A stretch of 64,000 nt of DNA from Malassezia furfur (lineage: Eukaryota), in the NCBI GenBank assembly GCA_052055015.1, contig JBQJIT010000019.1. One strand, written 5' to 3'. A program made the position numbers and the translations under genes. The first letter of the stretch is position 1, and the number at the start of each line of letters is the position of its first letter. The notes beneath the pieces are model-generated. The model was not told where the DNA came from and did no database searches. It worked only from the letters and a program-made list of their open reading frames with translations. Of the stretch, positions 24,209-35,546 are shown piece by piece.

Positions 24209-25469
24209 CTACTGGTAGAACTCCATACGGCCGTCGTCCGGCTTCTTCGACAGCTGCTTGATGGCCTCGTCAAAGTCGGCCGGAAGCACCACATAGCGGT
24301 TCTTGCGCACGGCCTGCAGACCCGCAGCCTGGCACACCGACGCTATCTCGGCACTCGACAACTTGTCGGGCCGGTTCACGTAGTCTTCCAAATCCACGTC
24401 CGGACTCAGGTTCATTCGGCTGCAGATCGTCTGGAAAATAAGACGCTTCTCCCGGCGACTCGGCAGCGGGAACTCAATCTTGCGGTCCAGACGGCCGGGA
24501 CGCAGAAGCGCAGGGTCCAGCGTGTCGGCACGGTTCGTCGCCATGATCACTTTGACATTGCTGCCCTGGTCGAAACCGTCCATCTGCGTAAGCAGCTCCA
24601 ACAGGATACGCTGCACTTCGCGGTCGGCGCCAGTCTGTGCATCGAAACGCTTCGTCGCAATGGCGTCAATCTCGTCGATGAAGATGATCGACGGCGCATT
24701 TTCGCGCGCGAGGCGGAACACGTCACGCACCATGCGCGGACCCTCACCGAGGTACTTTTGCACAAACTCGGAGCCCACGACACGGATGAATGACGCCGTA
24801 GTGGCGTTCGCCACTGCCTTGACCAGCATCGTCTTACCTGTACCAGGCGGGCCATAGAGCAGCACACCGCGAGGCGGGTCAATACCAATTTGGCGGTACA
24901 AGTCAAACTGCACAAGTGGCAGCTCAACCGCCTCACGGATCTCTTGCTTCTGCACGTCCAAACCACCAATGTCCTGGTAGGTCTCGGTCGGCCTCTCGTT
25001 CTGGCCCATCATCATGATGCTCGAATCGGCTTCGGGCGGCAACACCTCGACCAGTGAGTTCGAGTGGCGGTGCAGTGCCACACTGCTGCCGGGGCGCAGC
25101 AGCTCCCGGTCGATCGTCGAGAGAATGCGGACGACATAGTTGGAGCCGGTCGTGGACCCAACAATGCCGGTCATTTGGTCAATCGGCTCCAAGAACTGGC
25201 CGATGACAAGCGGTACGGACTGGATGCGCTTCACTTCCTCTTGTGCGCGTACCAGCTCACGCTTCAGGTTACGTTGTTCATCCTTCTGTCATGAGCGGGG
25301 GAAAACATACCACATAGTCCTCCATCGTGTTGAGGAACTCGAGCTGCTGCTGCAGCTTCTTGAAATAGAGGAACGCATCACGACCGCTGCGCTCTGTCGT
25401 GGGCGCAGCAGCCGGCGTAGCCGACGTCGACGCGTACGACTCGGTCGGCACGATCCCAATCTCCTCCAT
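24209..25469 (-). CDS. RPT3: 26S proteasome AAA-ATPase Rpt3 (intron 25286-25310)
   Basis: [21 protein letters not shown] and [17 protein letters not shown]. Confidence 0.96.
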
Positions 25470-25640
25470 CGCAAAAGACAAGGGACAAGGACGCGTGGCG
25501 TTCAGTGGAGGTGGATTTCCTCGGGGTGATCGAGCCACCACGACTGCGAAAATTCCCAAGTACCTACCGGCAGTCTAAAGTGGCCGCCGGCAAGCACTTT
25601 CGCCAGTCGACATGGTCTAGAGTTTCTGCAGCATTAAAAG

Positions 25641-25827
25641 GTATGACTATGATCTTGGCTCGATTTCCGCGCCTACGATGAGCGTCGTACTGTCTCGTTT
25701 CGTGTCAGTACAGGTCAGAGACACTTTGAGTCGTACAGCGTCTATACTTTCCTTGCGGTCGTGACAGAGGACCGATGTAGGCTACGGAAAGACGCGAGAA
25801 TCTTGCCTCCTCACTCCCAAAGTGTCT
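25641..25827. ncRNA. Putative structured non-coding RNA or structured UTR element, family unassigned
   Basis: Inverted repeats AGACACTTTG 25719-25728/CAAAGTGTCT 25818-25827 enclosing CTTTCC/GGAAAG and CGGTC/GACCG, plus GTACTG/CAGTAC, in an unusually long ORF-free gap. Confidence 0.35.
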
Positions 25828-26088
25828 TGTGGCATCACGGGTAGCATATAGTATATTTGCTCCGAGGCCAAATTTCTATAGCCCACCTAGACCGTTCGCA
25901 ATGAATACTTGTTTCGCTCGGGACCCTCCTACGGATCATGCATCCCCACTGGTGAGCTCCCTCGTAGACCAAGCAAGATAGGCGCGCGTAAGGCCTCCCA
26001 TCCACACTTCGGATGGCCTCTCCGCATTCGCGATGCTCTCCACGCGGTGCTGAGTCATTCCGGTCTGGGGCTTCCTCATTCTTCGATC

Positions 26089-26991
26089 ATGACAGCCTAC
26101 AATACTATGGCCGTGCTGGCCTGTGGTACTATGGGTACCGCAATTCTTTCTGGTGTGCTCGACTGCCGCCGTAGCCAAGAAGCGGGCAACCAGCCGCCCG
26201 AGCTGTCGTCCTCTATGATCTCGGAAGAAGAAACCGTGCCACTTCCGGAAAATTACATTGCGACCGTGAACCGCGCGGAGTCGAAGCGGCGCCTGGAGCG
26301 TACGTTTGAGGAGGAGGGTCACCAGGTCGAGGTGCTCCAACAGAACAACGTGGATGCCGTGCGCCGCGCAGATGTCGTGCTGATCTGCTCGAAGCCACAG
26401 CTACTTCCCCACGTGCTGCAGGAGGAGGGCATGAACGAGGCGCTGAAGGACAAACTGCTGATCAGCATTGCCGCGGGTGTTACGATCAAGCAGATTGAGA
26501 AGTATGCGCCGACGGCGCGTGTCGTGCGTGCGATGCCCAACACGCCCTCCAAAATCCGCGAGGGTATGACCGTCATTTCGCAGCTGCCGTCGAGCGCGCC
26601 GGAGAGCGACAAGGCGCTGCTTAAGACCATTTTCTCGGCCGTGGGACGCTGCCGCTTCTTGGACGAGAAGCACTTTGATGCGGCGACGGCGCTCGCTGGC
26701 TCGGGCCCCGCCTTTACCACCCTGTTCTTGGAGGCTATGACCGACGGCGGCGTGATGATGGGTCTTCCGCGTCCTGAGGCGCTCGAGTTGGCGGCTCAGA
26801 CCATCCAGGGCGCCGCACGCATGGTGCTACAGACTGGTCGCCATCCCGCAGCGATCAAGGACAGCGTCACGACGCCCGGCGGGTGCACCATTGCCGGCCT
26901 GCTGCAGATGGAAGACGGGCGCCTGCGCTCCACCGTCGCGCGCTCCATCCAGACGGCTGCCGAGCACGCCGCGGGCCTGGGGAAAGATTAG
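26089..26991 (+). CDS. PRO3: Pyrroline-5-carboxylate reductase
   Basis: ACGTMG, RAMPNTP, ALAGSGPA and VTTPGGCTIAGL. Confidence 0.93.
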   Translation: MTAYNTMAVLACGTMGTAILSGVLDCRRSQEAGNQPPELSSSMISEEETVPLPENYIATVNRAESKRRLERTFEEEGHQVEVLQQNNVDAVRRADVVLICSKPQLLPHVLQEEGMNEALKDKLLISIAAGVTIKQIEKYAPTARVVRAMPNTPSKIREGMTVISQLPSSAPESDKALLKTIFSAVGRCRFLDEKHFDAATALAGSGPAFTTLFLEAMTDGGVMMGLPRPEALELAAQTIQGAARMVLQTGRHPAAIKDSVTTPGGCTIAGLLQMEDGRLRSTVARSIQTAAEHAAGLGKD

Positions 26992-27005
26992 AGTACATAG
27001 GGGTA

Positions 27006-28427
27006 TCAACTATAATAGACATCGGAGTGTACCGCAAACCAGCCATCGGACAAGCCGGGGAACACAAGTGGATCGGGAAGCCGGTTCGCTTCCGACCAAT
27101 GTGTGAGCGACATCGCAGCGCGGCGAAGCACCAAAAAGTATAGCCAAATGCCAAGCCAGACACCCAGTAGGACGAGGCCCACTGGGAGAGACCGACGCAG
27201 CAGGGATGCAACGAGCACATGGCGCGACGCAGGGGAGAGCGTGGCAGTGGGAGGGGCCTTCTGTGTGGAGTCCAGCCCTGCACGTTCATTGGTCGTGGCC
27301 AAGACGTCTTGTGCGGTGGCTAAGACCGGCGGACTGGGCATCTCGTCGCTTGTCACCTCCATGGGCTCCTTTTCGCTCCCATCGCGACGCTGCCAGCGCG
27401 TAAGCGGCGGGGCGCTCTGCGACCGAGCGCGCCGGGTCGGCAGTTCCCACGCGAGGCTCCAGGTAGATTCTTCGCGCCGCAGTGCCGCTACCTCATTTTC
27501 GAGCTCAGCATGCATGGCATGAAAGGCAGCGTACTCACTCTGGAGCTGCTCGACGGCTGCGAGCGACTTCTCGAGTGTGTCGATGGTGTCTTCCAGCTTG
27601 GCGATCGCCGTACGCTGAGCAATACACGTGTCCTGGAGCGTTGCAGCGTCGGCTTGCGCAGCATTAACCTGCTCGCGCAGCTGGGTCATCTCCTTGCCCT
27701 GCTCTTCAAGCTGGTGCTCTAGAGCAACGGCAACGTGCTGCTTGACGGAGAGCTCGGCCTGCACTCGCTCGATGCGGCGCTTGTGCGTCTGGCACTGGGC
27801 CTGTACTTCGCTAAGGCACGTCGTGAGCTCTGCGGCACGCGCAGTACTCGCTTGGTCATGTGCATGGGCCTTCTGGAGGTCGCGCTGGAGACTGGCGCAC
27901 TGCCGCTCCAAAGCTTGTTTGGCTGTCGCCTGCTCGTCCTTGGTTGCAACGACCGCGTCGTGCTCCGACTGGAGCCGCTCGAGCACATCGTTTACCTGCG
28001 CAAGTTTGCGTATGAGTACCGAGCGTCGCTCGTCCTCACCACGCATCGACGCAATATCGCGCTCGGAAAATGCAGTACGAGGTAGTCCCTTTGTCTTGGG
28101 GACATCGTGGGAAACGGACTCAAACGTCGTGTCCGGCGACGCGGCATCGACATCAGCGCACAGGCTATTGTCTAGCAAGTCGTCTGTGTCTGACACATCC
28201 GAGTCGGCGGTGTCGTGGAGCGCACGCACCATGGTAATGAATGCGTCGCAATCAATGTCCAAGTGCGCGTTCTCCGAGGCAAACGCCTCGACCTGGCGCA
28301 GCAGCTCGGGCGCCATCATGGGCACACCACACTCCTCTTCGTATGCACGCAGTACCTGCGGCAGTTTGACGCTCTCGAGCGCGGTGCGCCCAAACAGGCG
28401 CCGCACGACCCCCTCGTCAAAGCCCAT
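27006..28427 (-). CDS. Coiled-coil protein with a single C-terminal transmembrane helix (KASH-like topology)
   Basis: Long heptad-rich segment, TM LPVGLVLLGVWLGIWLYFLVL and a ~35-aa C-terminal tail. Confidence 0.6.
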   Translation of the reverse strand: MGFDEGVVRRLFGRTALESVKLPQVLRAYEEECGVPMMAPELLRQVEAFASENAHLDIDCDAFITMVRALHDTADSDVSDTDDLLDNSLCADVDAASPDTTFESVSHDVPKTKGLPRTAFSERDIASMRGEDERRSVLIRKLAQVNDVLERLQSEHDAVVATKDEQATAKQALERQCASLQRDLQKAHAHDQASTARAAELTTCLSEVQAQCQTHKRRIERVQAELSVKQHVAVALEHQLEEQGKEMTQLREQVNAAQADAATLQDTCIAQRTAIAKLEDTIDTLEKSLAAVEQLQSEYAAFHAMHAELENEVAALRREESTWSLAWELPTRRARSQSAPPLTRWQRRDGSEKEPMEVTSDEMPSPPVLATAQDVLATTNERAGLDSTQKAPPTATLSPASRHVLVASLLRRSLPVGLVLLGVWLGIWLYFLVLRRAAMSLTHWSEANRLPDPLVFPGLSDGWFAVHSDVYYS

Positions 28428-28482
28428 GTGTGGGAGAGTGTAGCTTACATAAATCCCGACCAGGTCCCTGCGTTGCACCTGC

Positions 28483-31400
28483 ATGCCGCAACGGATCCTC
28501 TCGGAGCTGCAGGCGCTCGCCGCCGAGACGCGGCGGAAACACCCCGAGGTGCGGCATGCAGCGGAGCAGGTGCTTCAGCAGGTCCAGAGTTCCGACCATG
28601 GTACGGCGCTTGCAACGCTCGGGCACGACGTCGCGGCCGATCAGGCGCTCGTCCGGCCGATCGTGTTGGCGTGCAAGACGCGTGCGCCCAAGGTCGTACT
28701 AATTGCACTGTCGCTGCTACAGCGGAGTGTGGTACTGCACCTGCTGCCGCCCTCAGCGCTGTCTGAGATTGTGGACGCGCTGCATGGCCTGCTCACTAAC
28801 GTCGCGCGCACCGACGTCGACGTCCAGCTCAAGATTCTCCAGACGGTGCCTGCGCTGCTGGCTGATTACCCCAGCATCACGTCGGCGCTGCTCTCCAACA
28901 CGTTGATGCTCTGTTTTACCCTGTACGAGCAGTCGCGCGTCACGGTGGTCAGCTCAACGGCCGCCGCGACACTGCGGCAGAACATCATGACGGTGTTCGA
29001 TAAGGTGCACGACGAGGACCGCACCTTTGACGCGATCAAGGACGGCGGTGAGGATGCTGCGGCAGCGGCTCCGCTGCCGGTGCACACGGCGCACACGCCC
29101 GACGGAAACGTGACGCTCTTCCCCGCCTCGTCCGATGCCTACTTCCTGCTGAACGACCTGTGTGCGCTGGCCAACGGCGAGCCCGCTTCATTTTTGCCGC
29201 TGCACAGCTTGTCGAAACCGTTTGTTCTTGAGTTACTCGAGAGTGTTTTGACCAACCATGCGCGGCTGTTTACCGGGAGCTCGCCCCAGACCGCGCGGCA
29301 CCCCGAACTGTTGTATGTGTTGCGCAGCGCTGCGTGTCCCTTTCTGCTCAAGGCACTGAGCGAGCCACCAGTATTTCCCGTTTTCGTGCGCATCATGCGC
29401 CTCATTCTACTGCTGCTGCGCCAGTTTAGCGAGGAGCTCGTGTTGGAAATCGAGATCCTGCTGCGCATGATCCTCAAGACGCTGCAGGGCACCAAAAGCG
29501 TCCCACTGTGGCATCGCGTGTTGGCCCTCGAGGTACTGCGCAGTTTGTGCGCAGATGGCTACTTTATGCGCCGCGTCTATCGTTGGTACGATGCGGGCGA
29601 CGCTGGCCCCGCCAACGTGCCCGCGACGCCGCTATTCGCTGACGTCGTTGCGGCGCTGCAGGCTTGTCTCGCCGATTTGCAGCCGCACTTGAGTGTCGAT
29701 GCGGCGCTTACCGCCGCGCACCAGCAGATACCCGAGCAGGCGACGCCGCGGCAGTCGCAGGACAAGAGCTACACGCTGTATGGCGCAGCGAGTGCCGCGG
29801 TAGCCGGCGTGCGCAACGCCGCCGAGGGCCTGCTGAGCACGCGCACCGAGGCGCTGACCGCCACGAGTGCGCCGGCGATTCAGCTGCTGGACCAGCTGGA
29901 CAAGACCGAGGCGCCTACGCCCGGCTCGCCGGCGCTGCCGAGCACATACCTGCCGCTGCTAGTGCTGTGGTCGCATGTGTTGCTGGCGCAATCGCTTGCA
30001 CTCTACGTCTTGCGGCGCTACGCTGAGGTGTACGCACATGTCGAGTTCGCGCCGCCCGTGCTTCCTGCGAGCGACGACCTGGCGCACGTCACGGCGATGC
30101 TGCAGACGTATGCGCGCCCAGCGAACGACGCATTGGCGTTCTTCCTCACGGTGCAGGGCACCGACTACATGTTTGATCAGACGCTCCTCGCGCTCGCTAA
30201 CCTAGGGCAAGCGGTCGGCGCCGTGGGCCTTGCGCGCGACCGCGATGCGGTGCTCGCGACACTCAGCGACCTCGGCCTGCCAAGCGCCGCACTGCAGGGC
30301 CGCACGCTCAGCGCACGCAGCTGGGCATGCCAACTCGCACTCGGTAGCACCGCAATTGCGCTCGCGGGCAACCTTGGGGAGCGGTGGCGCACCGTGCTGC
30401 AGACGATCGCGACCGCGCTGTCGTTTGTGCCGAGCGAGCGCACAGATGGCCACGCGCCGACGACCGCCGCTGCACCACGTGTACCGCCCGGCCCTGGGAT
30501 GATTGGCGACGAGGTGGCGGGTAAGGCCGTGCTGCACTACCTCGCGCGCGGCGCGCTGGAGCCGGGGGCGCTGTACGCGGCGCTTGGCCACGTTTTTGGG
30601 CACAGCGTGTGGCTTGCGGACGAGGCACTCGCGCAGTTTGTCACGCTCCTCGCGCAGCTCACGGTTGAGCGTGCGCGCGACCGCCCACCTACAGTGGTAG
30701 GTGTGCTGCTCGGCGAGGTGCAGCGTGTGGCGCTGGCCAACACGCAGCGCATCGCCGCGCAGCTGCCCGAAGGTGCGTGGGCGCCCATTGCCGAGCACCT
30801 GTTTGCGCTCGTCGAGGCGCCCGACATCTCGGCAGCGTGCCGTACGCATGCCGCACGCGTGCTCGACGCGATCGCCTACGGTGTGCTGCGCGCGGTGCCG
30901 AGCACGGCGCACGCCCGGCAGCGCACGCTGCTCGCTGCAATCGACCGCCAGGCTCGCGCGCAGGGGCGCACGGCACCCACCGACGTCGCAGTGCGCAAAG
31001 CAGCGATCGATTTGCTGCTCCGTGTCCTCGAGACGCACGCACACCGGCTGCAGGCCGGGTGGGATATGGTGTTTGGAATGTGCCGTGCGGCGGCCGAGGC
31101 AGCCGCCGCGGTGCGTGCGCACGGCACGTCGCCGCTGCCGTTGCTCAAGGCGGCGTTTGTGTGTGTGCAGCTGATCTGCTCCGAGCACCTAACGGCGCTC
31201 TCGAACGAGGAACTAGAGCTGTGCATCGCATGCCTGCCGAGCTTCTGCACGCAGACCGAGGACACGAACCTCGCATTGACGGCCAACGGCGTTCTTTGGG
31301 ACATCACCGCCGACGTGCACCGCCGGCAGGCCACGAGCTCCGCCGAGAGCATGTCGGCGCTGTGGCTGTTTGTGCTACACCGCATGCGCGACACCGCCGA

Positions 31401-33258
31401 GGTGCCGCACGCAGATGTGCGCAACGGCGCGATCGCCAACCTCTTCCAGGTGCTCGTGCAGTACAGCAGCGCGCTGCATCCCGGCGACTGGCGGCGCATC
31501 TTTTTCGAGATTCTGTACCCGCTGTGCGACGCCGCCTCCAATGCCGCGGGCGGCAGCGACTGGGACGCGAGCCACACGCTCGTCCTGCAGGGCACCGCAC
31601 GCATCCTCGAGGCGACCGTGCCGACGCTCGCGGACGACGCAGCCTTTGCGCAGATCTGGTCCATGTTTATCACCCGCATCGTGCACACGTATGGCACGGC
31701 GTCGGCACCCGTGGCCCAGACAGCGCTCGATGCGCTGCTCAAGGTGCTGCGCTCCTCGGCGAGTGCACCGCCGCTGCGCGCTGCATGGCAAAAGACGTGG
31801 GACGCATGGGTCGCCATCGGCACTACGCCCCGCGACGACCTCACCCTCACCAACCTCGTGACCGTCGTGGCGCTTCTTGAGCCGCTGTATGCCGCCAAAG
31901 GCGCCGACATCACCAGCGACCAGCTCCATGTGCTTCTGCGCGCGCTCGAACGGTGCGTCGAGCAGGGCATTGCGCACGGCGACGCCGGCTCCACCAAGCA
32001 GCTATACGCACTCGTTGGCGGCGTCCACAAGGCGCTCGAGCGTCTGCCGCTGCGCGACGATGGGCCGGCACTGCGCCTGCACAGCCTGGCGGTGTATGTG
32101 CGGTGTGCCCTCGACGCCGCCGCCCAGACACCGCTTGCGCCGCCACTCAAGGCACTGCGCGTGCAGCTTGCCGAGGACCTCTTGCTACACTGGCAGACGA
32201 CCTTCCTCGCCAACCCAAAGGATGCCGCTTTGTACGGACAGCCGGTGCTGACCATGCTCGACGTGCTTCGTGCGCCGCTGCAGAACGGCGATACCCAAGC
32301 GCCGTCGCTCGCGTCGCTTGCGCGCGACACGCTCTACCATATCAGCCACCTCGGTGCACCGGTTGTCTCGCGCCGAGCGCAGGATACGAGCGCCCGCGGC
32401 TTTTACGCGCGCGTTTTTGCATGTATGCACGATGTGCTTGCGGCGCGCCCCTTGCCGGCCGCACGTGCCGACCGCGACGCGATTGAAGTCCAAACGTTCC
32501 CGCTGCTGGTTGCGCTGGAACGCGACGTGCTGCCGACTGCTGGCGCGGACGCTGACGCCTACGACGCCCTGTGTCCGTTTTTGGCCGAACTTGTGGACGC
32601 CACACAGCTGCACACGCGCAACACGCTTGATCCACACCACGGCTCGCTCCTTCCGATCGACGTGAGACAAAAAGAGCGCGTGGCGTACTGGACGTACGAC
32701 CTGCTCTTTGCGCTGTGCCGCGTCGATGCTTCAGCGCCTGTCGGTCGTCGTCTGCTTTGTGTGCTAGTGCTGCCCCTGCTGCTTACGCAGTGCGCGCGTG
32801 TACTTACGGCGTACGCGTCCGATGTGGCGGTGCGTGGAAAGATGCCACTCCCCCGCGTACGCCTCGAAGAAGTCAACTACATCCTGCACCAACTCATCCA
32901 TCTGCGCCTCGCACAGGGGACACTGCACATTGCTCTCCGCACGCACGACCCTGCAACGGCCTTTGCAGCACTGCAGACGTACACGCCACCGACCCAGGCA
33001 CTGCCCATCCAGGAGATGCTGCAGCAATCGCCCGTCGCGCATCTGTTTTCCCTGTACAAAGAACTTGATCGGTGCGCGGCGCTCACGACAACCCAACAAG
33101 GGACGATTGGCACAAGCCTCGCGCCACTCGACCTTGCGCTCTTCCCCAAGGTCGACAAGGCGCTCCTCACGCGTGCAACGCGTGTGCCGACAGCGCGCAC
33201 AATCCCCACATCGCTCGCGCTCCAGACCCAGACGTTGCGTAGCGACTTCCTCCAGTAG
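28483..33258 (+). CDS. MON2: Mon2 (Arf-GEF-like Golgi/endosome protein)
   Basis: ETRRKHPEVR, DVQLKILQ, STAAATLRQ, LELLESVL and a C-terminal GKMPLPR. Confidence 0.92.
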   Translation: MPQRILSELQALAAETRRKHPEVRHAAEQVLQQVQSSDHGTALATLGHDVAADQALVRPIVLACKTRAPKVVLIALSLLQRSVVLHLLPPSALSEIVDALHGLLTNVARTDVDVQLKILQTVPALLADYPSITSALLSNTLMLCFTLYEQSRVTVVSSTAAATLRQNIMTVFDKVHDEDRTFDAIKDGGEDAAAAAPLPVHTAHTPDGNVTLFPASSDAYFLLNDLCALANGEPASFLPLHSLSKPFVLELLESVLTNHARLFTGSSPQTARHPELLYVLRSAACPFLLKALSEPPVFPVFVRIMRLILLLLRQFSEELVLEIEILLRMILKTLQGTKSVPLWHRVLALEVLRSLCADGYFMRRVYRWYDAGDAGPANVPATPLFADVVAALQACLADLQPHLSVDAALTAAHQQIPEQATPRQSQDKSYTLYGAASAAVAGVRNAAEGLLSTRTEALTATSAPAIQLLDQLDKTEAPTPGSPALPSTYLPLLVLWSHVLLAQSLALYVLRRYAEVYAHVEFAPPVLPASDDLAHVTAMLQTYARPANDALAFFLTVQGTDYMFDQTLLALANLGQAVGAVGLARDRDAVLATLSDLGLPSAALQGRTLSARSWACQLALGSTAIALAGNLGERWRTVLQTIATALSFVPSERTDGHAPTTAAAPRVPPGPGMIGDEVAGKAVLHYLARGALEPGALYAALGHVFGHSVWLADEALAQFVTLLAQLTVERARDRPPTVVGVLLGEVQRVALANTQRIAAQLPEGAWAPIAEHLFALVEAPDISAACRTHAARVLDAIAYGVLRAVPSTAHARQRTLLAAIDRQARAQGRTAPTDVAVRKAAIDLLLRVLETHAHRLQAGWDMVFGMCRAAAEAAAAVRAHGTSPLPLLKAAFVCVQLICSEHLTALSNEELELCIACLPSFCTQTEDTNLALTANGVLWDITADVHRRQATSSAESMSALWLFVLHRMRDTAEVPHADVRNGAIANLFQVLVQYSSALHPGDWRRIFFEILYPLCDAASNAAGGSDWDASHTLVLQGTARILEATVPTLADDAAFAQIWSMFITRIVHTYGTASAPVAQTALDALLKVLRSSASAPPLRAAWQKTWDAWVAIGTTPRDDLTLTNLVTVVALLEPLYAAKGADITSDQLHVLLRALERCVEQGIAHGDAGSTKQLYALVGGVHKALERLPLRDDGPALRLHSLAVYVRCALDAAAQTPLAPPLKALRVQLAEDLLLHWQTTFLANPKDAALYGQPVLTMLDVLRAPLQNGDTQAPSLASLARDTLYHISHLGAPVVSRRAQDTSARGFYARVFACMHDVLAARPLPAARADRDAIEVQTFPLLVALERDVLPTAGADADAYDALCPFLAELVDATQLHTRNTLDPHHGSLLPIDVRQKERVAYWTYDLLFALCRVDASAPVGRRLLCVLVLPLLLTQCARVLTAYASDVAVRGKMPLPRVRLEEVNYILHQLIHLRLAQGTLHIALRTHDPATAFAALQTYTPPTQALPIQEMLQQSPVAHLFSLYKELDRCAALTTTQQGTIGTSLAPLDLALFPKVDKALLTRATRVPTARTIPTSLALQTQTLRSDFLQ

Positions 33259-33341
33259 CGCACAGACCATGTGGAGAACAAAGGAACCAGACAAAGGGCC
33301 AACCGCACCTAGCGGTCGCGCGCCGCGGCAAAGGCTTCCGT

Positions 33342-35049
33342 ATGAACGTCGTGGTTTCTATTGCTATTGCGCTGCTCTTTGCGTGTGCTTTATCCGTCTT
33401 CGGTGTCTGTGTGCGCCTTCAGCTTCGGTGGCGCGCATGGTTGCGCAATGTGCCGGGGCCGCAAGCTACGTCGTTCTGCTACGGCAACCTGTACGAGCTC
33501 ATTTGCCGTGATGTGGTCCCTGTGTTCCTTGAGTGGAAGGCTACCTATGGCGATGTCGTACGCATATGGGGCACATTTGGTGTACGTGGCAAGGCATCTG
33601 ACCCAGGAACCGCGGCTGGTACTCACCGACCCCGTTGCCATTGACTACGTTCTCCGCAAGCGCGCGTACGCCTACCCCAAGGTACGGATCGTGCGCCGCA
33701 TGCTAGGCAAGGTCATGGGATACGGGCTGCTTGCCGTCGAGGGCGACGTTCATCGACGGCAAAAACGTGCAATCCAGCCCGGCTTCTCCACGCGCTCGAT
33801 CCGCAAACTCACGCCGCTCTTCCAGCGATATGCGCACGGACTCCGCGTGCAACTTGCGCGCCAGGTTGCCGAAAAAGGCGCGCTCGTCGATCTGTACCGC
33901 TTTGTGGCGTGTGCTGCACTGGATGCGATTGGCTCGGCCGGCTTCAACGTTGAGTTCAATACGCTCGCGCAGACCGAGATACAGACGGACGGGCAGGTGC
34001 ATGTAGGCCACCCTCTCATTGTGGCTTTTGAGCACACACTAGAGATCGCGACGGGTAACACAATGGCACGCAACCTATTTGATGCGGTCACCATGGTCTT
34101 TCCGTGGCTGGAGCGACTTCCCATCGGCGTCGAGTCTGGCCGATTCCGCAAGGCGGCTGATGTCTTGTTTGAAGTCGCCTCGGAGCTCGTCCAGGAAGCC
34201 AAGGACGCCGTGCTGGGCCCTGCTTCCTCGCTGTATCGTACGCGGTCCGACGCCGACCGCCCTGATCTGCTGGCGGCGCTGTTGCGTGCCAACGCCAATA
34301 CAAACCGCCGCGATGGGGAGAAGCACAGTGTGCTGGACAAGACGGAGCTGTCAGACGACGAGTTGGCCGCGCAGCTCTCGACGTTCATCTTTGCCGGGCA
34401 CGAAACTACCGCGACGCAGACAACATGGCTGCTCTGGGCGCTGGCGCAGAATCCAGACGCCCAAGACAGGCTGTGTGCCGAGCTGCGCGCAGCGCGGCGG
34501 GCACATCAGCTCGACGAGCAAAGCGAGTATGGCGCGTGCGATGAGCGGCGTGATTTGACGATGGACGAGCTGGAGGCACTGCCATACCTGGACGCGTGCG
34601 TGCGCGAGTCACTGCGTCTGCATGGCGCTATTCACACGACATCACGCATGGCGACCGAGCGCGACGTGGTGCCATGTGCTGATGGGCGCCGCATTTTGGT
34701 CGACAAGGACACGGTAATCATGATCCCCCTGGCCGCGATCTCGCAGGACCCTGAGCTGTGGGGGGCCGATGCGCATTGCTTCCGTCCCGAGCGGTGGTTC
34801 GAAGAGATGCCCGGGAAGGAGGTGTACAGTGCGTACGGCGGCATCTCGTTCCTGCTCGGTGCGCACGGGTGCATTGGGCGGCAGTTTGCCGTGGCCGAGA
34901 TGAAGTCGTTTGTGAGTGTACTTGTGAACGCATTGCGCTTTGTGTCGGATGGGCGGCGCACAATTGTCAAGCGATGGATCGTGTCGCGCCCCTACGACCT
35001 GCGCACGCACCAGGACGCCTGCATGCTGAGGGTGTGCCGTGCGCCATAG
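33342..35049 (+). CDS. Cytochrome P450 (intron 33582-33606)
   Basis: N-terminal TM followed by VPGP, I-helix AGHETT, ExxR (ESLR), PERW and heme motif FLLGAHGCIG. Confidence 0.93.
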
Positions 35050-35089
35050 TGTGGAGGTAGGACCGGTGTGGACGGTTGTCTTTTCCGTC

Positions 35090-35537
35090 ATGACGCTCTC
35101 GACCGTTTTCCGCGGAGTGGCACGTGTGCCGCGCGTGTGTCGCACGATGCCGACGCTGCCTATGCAGCAGGTGCGCACCAACACGCAGCATGCGCCGAGT
35201 GGCCCGAACCCGCTGGATGCGCCGACGCTCGAAGCGGTCAAGCAGCAGTGGAAAAAGGCGCGCTTCGCCAAAGACGCCGACACGGCTGCGGTGCTCGGTG
35301 TACGTCTCGCTACTTACCCAGGGTATCCTCACGGACCTGCAATACGCGCAGAAGACCAAGGCGCAGGCGAACCAGAAGCCGCCCTCAGTGATCAAAATGA
35401 TCCAAAAGGGGATCAAGAAGCGCACAGACGCCGCGCGCCAGTTCCGCGCGGCTAAGCCGGAGCCGCGCGAGGACCTGGCCGCAAAGGAAGAGCGCCAAAT
35501 TGAGCTGCTCCGCTCGTTCCTGCCAAAAGAGGAGTAA
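35090..35537 (+). CDS. AIM41: Mitochondrial YqeY-like protein, Aim41 family (intron 35300-35321)
   Basis: Arg-rich presequence, WKKARFAKD and IKKRTDAARQF..REDLAAKEERQIELLRSFLP. Confidence 0.75.
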
Positions 35538-35546
35538 TATCGTACA

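Noticed and set aside
25741..25881. U3 snoRNA-like words (CTATACTTT, ATTTCTATAG)
   Set aside because: The words are about 120 nt apart rather than adjacent, and the B/C/D boxes do not follow on the same strand, so no U3 call.
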